Origin: a virus
Taxonomy: Duplodnaviria; Caudoviricetes
Reading direction: 5' to 3' (one strand)
Virus record (IMG/VR): IMGVR_UViG_3300022178_000333
Coordinates: 1-33,168 of that record
DNA length: 33,168 bases
Part shown: in pieces, positions 25,329-33,168 of the stretch
How the letters are laid out: every line of letters starts with the position of its first letter
Numbering within the stretch: position 1 is the stretch's first letter
Notes under the pieces: model-generated
What the model was told of the DNA's origin: nothing
The model's input: the letters and a program-made list of their open reading frames with translations, nothing else
Databases searched by the model: none
Made by a program: the position numbers and the translations under genes

Positions 25329-25839
25329 GATCATTCAAAGGGGCCAGTATTATCTGACCCCTTTTACCTTAGACCATATAGATGAAGTAGTAGATAAGCT
25401 TAGCCGAGAAAATAGAAGAGAGTTAAAGCTTCTAGGATATTTATCTGTTCGCAAGGCAATTGAAGAAATGCAAAAGTCTTCTGAATGCTACATAGCTAGA
25501 AAGGGAAACGGTGGCTTCCTAGCTGTTGGTGGACTTTGGCACTCTGATGATCAGGACTTTCCTCAAATGTTTGCTATGTTCTCTGATGAGATTAAGGAAA
25601 ACTTTATCGCAATGGCGCGTGGATCGCGTATGATGGTAGACTTTTTTGACAAGACTCAAACGCATATGAGCATGACAATCCTAGCGGATTATGCGTTTAT
25701 GCTGGACTGGTCAAGCTGGTTAGGGTTCGAGGCTATTGGTGTTACTGAGAGTGGTGGTAACAAATATGTTGAATTTGTGCGTTGCAATCCAAAACAAAAC
25801 AATGTTTACGATGATTCATTACGGCCCGTAATGCACTGA
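25243..25839 (+). CDS. T7 gp13-like/GNAT-fold protein
   Basis: 'L..ENRREL..LG', 'AVGG' and 'W..WLGF' pattern; start uncertain, overlapping the scaffold gene by 86 nt. Confidence 0.55.
   Translation: MTLDTGKSATRILSMKSQKATSKSTREVKIIQRGQYYLTPFTLDHIDEVVDKLSRENRRELKLLGYLSVRKAIEEMQKSSECYIARKGNGGFLAVGGLWHSDDQDFPQMFAMFSDEIKENFIAMARGSRMMVDFFDKTQTHMSMTILADYAFMLDWSSWLGFEAIGVTESGGNKYVEFVRCNPKQNNVYDDSLRPVMH
25774..25784 (+). promoter_or_regulatory. Late promoter box variant TTTGTGCGTTG upstream of capsid gene
   Basis: 1 mismatch to the other three copies; TACGAT at 25807-25812. Confidence 0.6.
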
Positions 25840-25918
25840 AAGGCCCGAAAGGATACCCTTGCAGACGTGAGAGAGCGGACACCCGTTGCTAACTTTAACC
25901 TCAATAGGGACTGTATAA

Positions 25919-26728
25919 ATGGCCAATACAATTGACCAAGCCTTTATCAAACAGTTTGAGACTGAAGTTCACATGGCATATCAGCGCATGGGTTCTAAGC
26001 TTCGCAATACTGTTCGTACTACCAATGTCGCTGGGTCTGTTGCTCGCTTCCAAGTAATTGGAAAAGGCGTTGCAACAACTAAATCGCGCAATGGTAATGT
26101 CACTCCAATGGAACTGGCGCACACAAACGTCGAAGCCACTATGGCCGACTTCTATGCACCAGAGTACATTGATAAGCTAGATGAACTGAAGATCAACATC
26201 AACGAGCGTCAAGCTGTAGCGCAATCTGCTGCTGCTGCACTTGGTCGTAAAACTGATGAAATCTTGATTACTGCAATGGATGCAGGTGCTAGTGGCACTC
26301 AAATCCATGATACAGGTTCTGCTCTTGAAAAAGCTGACTTGCTCTCATTGTTTGAAACAATGGGTACTGCAGATGTTCCAGAGGACGGACAGCGTTATCT
26401 AGCTATGTCTCCAAAAGGATTTGCAGATCTGTATGCAATCAATGAGTTTGCATCTTCTGACTTTGTTGGGCCACAAAACCTGCCGTTTGCAGGTGGCATG
26501 ACAATGAAAGAGTTCTTAGGCTTTAAAGTATTCTCGACCTCTGCTGTAGCTGGTGGCAAAAACTTTGCTTACCACACTTCAGCTATCGGTCTTGGCATCA
26601 ATGCTGATGTTCAGACTGAGGTCAATTACGTTGCTGAAAAAGTCTCACACCTTGCAACTTCTATGATGTCTATGGGCGCGATTGTTATCGACGCCACTGG
26701 TGTCTACGAAGTTCTTGATAACAACTAA
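25919..26728 (+). CDS. Major capsid protein (T7 gp10/BPP-1-like)
   Basis: 'I..AF..QF..EVH.AYQ..GSKLR.TV', 'IDKLD.LK', 'AAALGRK.D..I', 'VP....RY', 'FLGF'; synteny. Confidence 0.88.
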   Translation: MANTIDQAFIKQFETEVHMAYQRMGSKLRNTVRTTNVAGSVARFQVIGKGVATTKSRNGNVTPMELAHTNVEATMADFYAPEYIDKLDELKININERQAVAQSAAAALGRKTDEILITAMDAGASGTQIHDTGSALEKADLLSLFETMGTADVPEDGQRYLAMSPKGFADLYAINEFASSDFVGPQNLPFAGGMTMKEFLGFKVFSTSAVAGGKNFAYHTSAIGLGINADVQTEVNYVAEKVSHLATSMMSMGAIVIDATGVYEVLDNN

Positions 26729-26740
26729 GGAGACTGATCA

Positions 26741-27007
26741 ATGGCTTACAACTCAGCTAATCTAACACGCTTGAGCGGTGCTTCTGGTGTTTCTCTGTGG
26801 CACTACACAACCACAGAAGCATTCTCTACCGTTCGTGCTGAAGATTACTTTGAAGATGCCCACCCAATGCTAAATATAAATGACGTTATCCTTGTCATTT
26901 CAGCATCAGGCGGCACACCAGTAGCTACATTGACTTACTTCAACGGCGTTGCAACCACTGCGGTTGACGTTGTTGACGGTAATACAATCTCAGCAACTGA
27001 CAGCTAA
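26741..27007 (+). CDS. Small capsid-associated (decoration-like) protein
   Basis: SD aaggag; directly after the MCP and before the hairpin. Confidence 0.6.
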   Translation: MAYNSANLTRLSGASGVSLWHYTTTEAFSTVRAEDYFEDAHPMLNINDVILVISASGGTPVATLTYFNGVATTAVDVVDGNTISATDS

Positions 27008-27012
27008 AGGAT

Positions 27013-27030
27013 TGGGGGCTTCGGCCCCCA
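27013..27030 (+). terminator. cUUCGg hairpin after capsid operon (no U-tract)
   Basis: TGGGGGC-TTCG-GCCCCCA. Confidence 0.55.
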
Positions 27031-27037
27031 TACCAAT

Positions 27038-27622
27038 ATGCCAGATGTAGCAAACACACCGATCAAAGTATGCTCTCGCGCATCTCTCTTAATTGGAGGT
27101 GACGCGATTCAATCTTTTGAGGATGGCACTGCTGAAGCAACAGTAAGCTCTGCTATGTATGAAGATATGGCTAGGTCTGCTTTAACCAATTCACGTTGGA
27201 GATTTGCAACTGATCAAGCTGTTCTTAATCGTTTAACTGAAGCGCCAACAGGAAGATGGGATGCTGCTTATCAATTACCAGCAGACTACATTATGCTTAG
27301 TGCTATTACAGTCAATGAGCAGAATATAAAATATGACCTCTATGGAACTAAAGCTTTCTGCAATGCAACGGCTACCGATACTGTTATAGCTGACTTCGTA
27401 TTTCGTGCTGATGAATCTACTTGGCCTCCATACTTTCTCACGGCTGTTCAATATATGATGGCTGGTGTTCTTGCTGTATCTGTAGCAAGAGATTCACAAC
27501 TTGCTTCGTTAATGGAGCAAAAGGCTAACTTTCAAATGGTACAAGCTCGGCGGCTGCACTCTCAGCAGCAGACAACTCGCAAGCTAGATACATCGAGGTT
27601 TATTGCTGAAAGGCGCAGCTAA
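27038..27622 (+). CDS. Tail tubular protein A/adaptor (T7 gp11-like)
   Basis: 'CSRA..LIG...I.SF', 'WRFA....L', 'AYQLP.D'; synteny. Confidence 0.85.
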   Translation: MPDVANTPIKVCSRASLLIGGDAIQSFEDGTAEATVSSAMYEDMARSALTNSRWRFATDQAVLNRLTEAPTGRWDAAYQLPADYIMLSAITVNEQNIKYDLYGTKAFCNATATDTVIADFVFRADESTWPPYFLTAVQYMMAGVLAVSVARDSQLASLMEQKANFQMVQARRLHSQQQTTRKLDTSRFIAERRS

Positions 27623-29862
27623 TGCAAAGAGTACGAGTTCCCATTAGCAGCTTTCAGTTTGGTGAAATCAGTGACTCCCTTGGAATGAGAACTGATACGC
27701 CGATCTACGCAGCTTCGGCTGAACGTTTAGAAAACATGGTTGTTATGACTGAAGGCTCCGTTAAGAAAAGAACGGGGTTAAAGTTCGTTTATGACTACGG
27801 TATTACTTACAGCTCTTCAAACCCAGAGCAGTCTCATTTGTTTCCTTTTGTGTTTGATGAGAATGAAGAATATATAATTTCTATTGAGCACCAAAAAGTT
27901 CGTTGCTTCAGAGTGGAAGATGGCACCACCAGTTTAGTTACTACACTAACAGCAGATACAAGCAGTGCCGCCCTTCCTTTTGATCAGGAATATTTGCAAG
28001 AATATACAACGGCTCAGTATGGTGACGTTAAGTTTATATGCCACCCACTTTTTGCTCCACGGATGTTAACTAGAACTAGCCTTACTGCGTTTGAAATAAG
28101 CACTTTTGCTTTTGATAAGCGAGCAGATAATAGCTCTACCTTTCAGCCATACGCACAGTTTCAATCTCATGGCACTACTCTTGATCCCTCAAAAACAAGC
28201 GGTACTGGCGCAACTCTAACAACAAGCGCTGATTATTGGGATCTTACTGGTGGCATATCAGGCGGGAACTATCCTAGTTCTCTTCATATTGGGACTATTG
28301 TTAGATACGATCAGAACGAAATATTAATTACAAGCGTTCAGTCTGCTACTCAGGCTACTGGTGATATTGTTGATGAGCTTTCTATTAGACTTGCAGTTTT
28401 AAATCCGTTTAGGACTATAGATGGCAGTACGACTGTTGAAGTAACCCAAATCAATCACGGTTATTCTGGCAGTGAAGCAATTGTAATAGCTGGGGCTAGT
28501 GCTACTGGTGGCATTAATACTGGCAATTTAAATGGTGCGAGAACTGTATCTGGTATAATCGATGAGAATACTTACACTTTTACCGCTGGCGGCGCGGCTT
28601 CCAGCGCAGTAGATGGTGGAGGTCAGGTTACAATTACAACCCACGCCCCAACTACCCAATGGGATGAGCAAGCTCTTTCAGCAAAAAGAGGTTATCCTGC
28701 TGCGGTTGAGTTCCATCAGAATCGGTTAGTCTTTGGTGGATCAATAGCACAGCCCGATAATGTCTGGATGAGCAAAATAGGTAGGTTCTTTAATTTTGAT
28801 GTAGGTGATGCTGCTGATGATGATGCTATTTCTTTAGTTGCAGCTACAGGAGATGTGAACGAAATAAGGTATCTAGTCTCTAACCGAGACCTTCAAATCT
28901 TTACTGCATCTAGTGAACTGTATGTTCCTACTTACCTCAATCAAGCCATTACGCCAACAAACGTACAGATCAGAAAGCAAACACCATACGGGTGTGAGCA
29001 TATTGAACCTATGCCTATTGATGGCGCAACAATCTTTGCTCAGCGCAATGGTAAGATTATCAGAGAGTTTCTTTTTACAGACAGTGAGGAAGCTTATACG
29101 TCCACTGCCGTTTCTACGATTTCTTCGCACTTAATAAATAGCCCTAAGTATTTGTCTGTTGTTCATAGTGGATTTGGCTTTCCTGATTCCTATGCTGCAT
29201 TAACAAGTGGCAATGGAGAGATGACTTTGTTTTCATCTAATAGGGCTGAGAAGAAAGCTTCATGGACTAGAGTAACTACGAATGGAGACTTTGGTTCTAC
29301 TGTAGCTATCGAAGATAGATTGTTTGCCAATGTTTATAACTCTGCTGGCAAGTTGCAGTTATGTGAGTTCTCTGGTGAAATTGGTTTAGACTTCTATGTG
29401 TATGGAGCGATTACTGCAAATAAAGTTGATGTAAGCTCAGTGTACTCAAGCGGTGATACTGTTGATGTTGTAGTTACTGACGGTACTGGTCAGTCCCATC
29501 TCGGTTCTTTTACTGTAGATTCTGGTGATGACGTAGACTTAACTCTTTACTCTGGGCTGGGCTTTACTCACGCTTATGTTGGTAAGAAGTTTACTGCTAA
29601 GATTATTACAAACCCAATTGATGCTAACATGGGTAGTGGCCCTGCTACTGGTGAGGTTCGCGGAATTGCAAATATAGTTCTCGACTTAAAGGAAACACGA
29701 TCTCTAAAGGTAAACGGGCATAATCTTGTTACTGAGACTGAGTTTACTGGCAAAAAAGAATTTAGAGTTCTTGGTTATAGCCGCGACCCTAAAGTAACAA
29801 TTGAACAAAATGATCCATTAGCAATGCAGGTTAATGGCTTAATAGTGGAGTTAGTAGTCTAA
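27622..29862 (+). CDS. Tail tubular protein B/nozzle (T7 gp12-like)
   Basis: 'SF..GEIS', 'N..V...G.V.KR.G', 'GYP..V.FHQNRL.FGG..QP..VWMS'. Confidence 0.88.
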   Translation: MQRVRVPISSFQFGEISDSLGMRTDTPIYAASAERLENMVVMTEGSVKKRTGLKFVYDYGITYSSSNPEQSHLFPFVFDENEEYIISIEHQKVRCFRVEDGTTSLVTTLTADTSSAALPFDQEYLQEYTTAQYGDVKFICHPLFAPRMLTRTSLTAFEISTFAFDKRADNSSTFQPYAQFQSHGTTLDPSKTSGTGATLTTSADYWDLTGGISGGNYPSSLHIGTIVRYDQNEILITSVQSATQATGDIVDELSIRLAVLNPFRTIDGSTTVEVTQINHGYSGSEAIVIAGASATGGINTGNLNGARTVSGIIDENTYTFTAGGAASSAVDGGGQVTITTHAPTTQWDEQALSAKRGYPAAVEFHQNRLVFGGSIAQPDNVWMSKIGRFFNFDVGDAADDDAISLVAATGDVNEIRYLVSNRDLQIFTASSELYVPTYLNQAITPTNVQIRKQTPYGCEHIEPMPIDGATIFAQRNGKIIREFLFTDSEEAYTSTAVSTISSHLINSPKYLSVVHSGFGFPDSYAALTSGNGEMTLFSSNRAEKKASWTRVTTNGDFGSTVAIEDRLFANVYNSAGKLQLCEFSGEIGLDFYVYGAITANKVDVSSVYSSGDTVDVVVTDGTGQSHLGSFTVDSGDDVDLTLYSGLGFTHAYVGKKFTAKIITNPIDANMGSGPATGEVRGIANIVLDLKETRSLKVNGHNLVTETEFTGKKEFRVLGYSRDPKVTIEQNDPLAMQVNGLIVELVV

Positions 29863-30311
29863 TGTCGGCAGAAGCAGGACTTATTCTAGCACTGGTTGGA
29901 GCTTCTTATCAAAGGTCCGCTGGTAAAGCGCAGCAAAAATCTGCTTACTTAAATGCTTACAACATTGAGACGCAGAAAAAGATTAGTGACACCGAAGCAA
30001 AGCAGCGTAGCAATGACAGAATGGAGCAATACAGGTCTAACCTGTCTGCTAACATTGCTTCTTTTGCCGCAATGGGTCGTGACATTGGTGGCGCTGATAG
30101 AAGTGTTGGGGCATTTCTTGATAGGCAAAAGCAAATTGCTACTGATGATGTAGCTCGCTCTGACTTTATGGGCATGGCTCAAGGAATGAAGCTACAGCAA
30201 CAAGCGGCTGCAACTCGCATAGAAGGCCGAGCTAGAAAGGTTGCTGCAGATATTGGTGCATTTACCACGGTAGTAAATGGAATAAGTTCCTACAATCAAA
30301 CTAAGGGTTAA
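29862..30311 (+). CDS. Internal virion protein (T7 gp14-position)
   Basis: Ala/Gln-rich, hydrophobic N-terminus, 'A.FAA.G' motif; synteny. Confidence 0.7.
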   Translation: MSAEAGLILALVGASYQRSAGKAQQKSAYLNAYNIETQKKISDTEAKQRSNDRMEQYRSNLSANIASFAAMGRDIGGADRSVGAFLDRQKQIATDDVARSDFMGMAQGMKLQQQAAATRIEGRARKVAADIGAFTTVVNGISSYNQTKG

Positions 30312-30320
30312 GGTGTTAAA

Positions 30321-33168
30321 ATGGCTGTAATCAGAGAGCAAAGACAATTTAAGATTGGCCCTGTTGGGGTTGCTCGCGCATCTGAGGGCGGTCGAATTAT
30401 TGGTGAGGCAATATCCAATAGCGCTAATCAGCTTGCAGGTGATTTTTTTAAGATGGCTGCTGTAGAGGCTGAGAAGACAGGGACAGAAGCGGGAGCGGCT
30501 GTTACTCGCGAGCAGGTAATTACAATTGATCCTAGAACTGGAAAGCCAGAAGCATTTGTGGCACCAGAGGGCTTTGGCAGAACTGCGACTGAAGCGTATC
30601 AACGTGTTGTTATGCGTAGGTTTCAACAATCGTATGATGATGAAATACAAAACAAAGCTAAAGAACTTTCTGTAAAGTATGAGAATAACCCTAATGGCGT
30701 TTCTTTGTATGAAACAGAAATGTCAGACTATATGGCAGCAATGTCAAATGAGGCTGAAGGTTCTTTTAAAACTTACATTCAGGATGTTGGAACAACTTAC
30801 CTTAACGCTACAAAAACAAATCTTGCGGCTGCACAAATCCGTAGAGAAAGAACAGCGGCGGCTACATCACAAGCTCTAGCCGTAGAGAATGGCTATGAAA
30901 GCATTGAGGGTTTAATAGCACAAATAGGTCCGTCTGCGCTTGAAGGGGCAACACAAACTAATTCGCTTATTCAACAAGTTGAAAACACTGTTAATGATGG
31001 TGTTAACTCTGGATTATTTGATAGCAGTGCTTTGTCTAGTATGAGTGAAGGCAAACAGCTTGCAGTTACTCGTGGCCTTATTCGATACGCCACAAACAAA
31101 ACCAATGATCCTGAAACCTTACAACTCTTGCAACAAGCAATCGGCACTCAGAACGCTGCATCAGTGCCAAAAGAGTTTTCTTATGTAGCATACGCTATGA
31201 TAGAAATGGGTTCTAACTATAGTGCTCTTTCTCAACTAGAGAAGTTTTCTGATGGATTGCTTTCTGACGCAGTGCAAAGAGCTAATGTAATACAGGCTCA
31301 AGAAGTTCGACAGATAGAAGCTGCTGAAGCAATAAGCGTATTTGATATGGAGCAAAATATGATTGCCTCTATTTCTAATGCGGTGGATATAGCGAGGGAT
31401 GCTAGAGTACCACCAGCAACCATCGCAGTTTATTCTGTAGACAAGTACAATCAGTACACCGACATTGCGCGCAATGCACTACGAGATGGCAAGTCAGATT
31501 TATCTAAGACAATGCTTGAAAATCGTGATAAGATTCTGGATGGCACAGTTGAAGGCTTAATGCTTCGCGCCGTTAGTGGGTTGTCAAAGAAAGAAACGAA
31601 TCAGCTTGAGAAAGCTATCTTTGATAAAAATCCTTTGCTTGCTCCACAAAGTTCACAGCAGTCACTACAAGCATTAATCAGTCTTGATTCTAAGGTTGAT
31701 CCTAAAATCCTAGAAGATTTTCTGCCTTTCATTGGCTCTTACAGAGATTCTACTGCAAAGTATATTGATAGCAACAATAAAGCTGGTGCTGCATCCCAAG
31801 CTAAAACTTTTCAGTTTCAAATTAACAATCTTAAAGGACAGCGTGGTGCTTTTGTAGGGAAGCAAGCCCAATCTATGGCTACAAAAATTTCTAAGATAAA
31901 AAATATTACTCCAGCTTTAGCAGAGTCATACTCTAAAGAAATACAATTTGCTGCAGCGCAAGCAAAAGTAAGCGAATACTTTGAGAAGAACCCATCAGAA
32001 GAAAGCGCGACAGATGCAGCTACATATCTTGCTGGTGGAAAAGCTACTAATAATTTAAGGCCAGATCAAATTGCTTTACTTAATGATGCTCGACAATATG
32101 CAGCAAAATCTGGGCGTGAGGGCGAGGTTAGAACTCACTTTAATACAAATGCCACTGCTGCAACAAAGCGCAGGAATTTAGCAGCAAAACGTGCTAAGGA
32201 ATTTTCAAACCTCAAACGCATTGAGCAAGGTCAAGGTGATCCAGAAAGCGTGACTGATCGTAAGCTTGTAGAAAAAGCTTTGCAATCTCAGTTACCGCAA
32301 GGTGTTTTGCTTTCTTCACTTTGGTCTGATCCAAATCTAATGAAAACAAAGCAAGGTCAAGCAATACTAAATGCTACTGGTAGTTTATCTGTAATGCCTC
32401 AATCTTTGCATGAGTCACTGTCTTCTTTTGCTAAGGGTAATTTCTTAGGTGGAAGTCCTAGCGCTCTTTTATCTCACTATACAAACTTTAGAGACTATGA
32501 GTACGCCGGAACAAGTATGCGGTCCGTCATGATGCAATCATTAGGTGAAGATCAAATTGCAATGCTTGATTATCTAGCCGCTTCCGCTAGGGGCGGTATG
32601 GGTTCTGATCCAGAGTTTCTTGCAAGAGCATTTAAAGCTAAGTCTGAGTTTGAAAGTAACCCTCAATATAAAGAGCGTGTAGAGGCTTTCCTTGGCTCTT
32701 CGCTGCCAGACTACGTTTCTCAGCTAGATGGCATTCAGGACGCGCCTCTGCAAGCCGTAGACGCAATGAAGGCTGCCACTCTGGACCTCATGGGAATTTC
32801 CCAGCTTGGTGGGCTTAGTAAGTCAGTATTAACAGATACTTTAGAGCGACAACTAGAATCTAAATACCCTAGTGGTGGCGGCATTGTAATTGGGCCTAAT
32901 GGAGTTCTTAGAACATCAGCACCTTTATCTTATGCTGCCCCAAGAAATGAAGACTTGCTTCAGGAATACATTATTGGAATGGTAGCAGAAGCCGAGCCTA
33001 ATGAAGGAAGACCAGTGTTTGGTGATGATGTTGGAGCGTTTGAGTTTACGGTTGCTGCTATTGGCGCAGGTAAAGTTCAATTATCAGGTAATATCTTCTT
33101 AAAACCTGTTGGGGTTCCAACGCAAGGATTGGTTCAGTACGCAGTATTTAGAAGAACTACCCCTGAGC
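30321..33168 (+). CDS. Internal virion (ejection) protein, T7 gp15-position; runs off the end and continues at the start of the window (not in ORF track)
   Basis: ATG 30321 after aaggtg, MAVIREQRQFKIGPVGVARAS...; I saw no stop, and it is in frame with 2-1423. Confidence 0.8.
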   Translation, partial: MAVIREQRQFKIGPVGVARASEGGRIIGEAISNSANQLAGDFFKMAAVEAEKTGTEAGAAVTREQVITIDPRTGKPEAFVAPEGFGRTATEAYQRVVMRRFQQSYDDEIQNKAKELSVKYENNPNGVSLYETEMSDYMAAMSNEAEGSFKTYIQDVGTTYLNATKTNLAAAQIRRERTAAATSQALAVENGYESIEGLIAQIGPSALEGATQTNSLIQQVENTVNDGVNSGLFDSSALSSMSEGKQLAVTRGLIRYATNKTNDPETLQLLQQAIGTQNAASVPKEFSYVAYAMIEMGSNYSALSQLEKFSDGLLSDAVQRANVIQAQEVRQIEAAEAISVFDMEQNMIASISNAVDIARDARVPPATIAVYSVDKYNQYTDIARNALRDGKSDLSKTMLENRDKILDGTVEGLMLRAVSGLSKKETNQLEKAIFDKNPLLAPQSSQQSLQALISLDSKVDPKILEDFLPFIGSYRDSTAKYIDSNNKAGAASQAKTFQFQINNLKGQRGAFVGKQAQSMATKISKIKNITPALAESYSKEIQFAAAQAKVSEYFEKNPSEESATDAATYLAGGKATNNLRPDQIALLNDARQYAAKSGREGEVRTHFNTNATAATKRRNLAAKRAKEFSNLKRIEQGQGDPESVTDRKLVEKALQSQLPQGVLLSSLWSDPNLMKTKQGQAILNATGSLSVMPQSLHESLSSFAKGNFLGGSPSALLSHYTNFRDYEYAGTSMRSVMMQSLGEDQIAMLDYLAASARGGMGSDPEFLARAFKAKSEFESNPQYKERVEAFLGSSLPDYVSQLDGIQDAPLQAVDAMKAATLDLMGISQLGGLSKSVLTDTLERQLESKYPSGGGIVIGPNGVLRTSAPLSYAAPRNEDLLQEYIIGMVAEAEPNEGRPVFGDDVGAFEFTVAAIGAGKVQLSGNIFLKPVGVPTQGLVQYAVFRRTTPE
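32069..33168. repeat. Imperfect terminal direct repeat, copy B
   Basis: Colinear with 1-1100. Confidence 0.97.

Noticed and set aside
1031-30879. Numerous antisense or nested ORFs in the track (e.g. 1031-1291, 4093-4452, 13021-13455, 15461-15865, 21400-21870, 30192-30650)
   Set aside because: They lie opposite or inside well-supported genes, lack SD sites and motifs, and break the two-arm strand organisation.

Overview
This window looks like a complete, circularly permuted podophage genome. The unit length is about 32,068 bp, and positions 1-1100 recur imperfectly at 32069-33168. The + strand arm (18081 to the end, continuing into 1-11692) carries the late genes: TerS, a cluster of small basic proteins, TerL, a T7/BPP-1-like portal, scaffold, major capsid, tail adaptor and nozzle, three internal virion (ejection) proteins, tailspikes, and a holin/M15 endolysin cassette. 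The - strand arm (17654 to 11813) carries the early genes: DUF932, Zn-finger and HTH proteins, an Hjc-like nuclease, a YqaJ exonuclease, a Rad52/Sak-like annealase and an SSB. I found no DNA polymerase, primase, helicase, RNA polymerase, integrase or reverse transcriptase. A marine alphaproteobacterial host is plausible but is inference only. The most striking unexplained structure is a ~295-nt branched hairpin (17621-17916) that folds preferentially on the template strand of the first early gene. Other notable features are a palindromic operator inside early promoters, a conserved 11-bp late-promoter box, an HEXXH peptidase-like segment in the largest ejection protein, and two strongly diverged alleles of another ejection protein at the contig ends. 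All protein family calls come from motif recognition and synteny by eye, not database searches.
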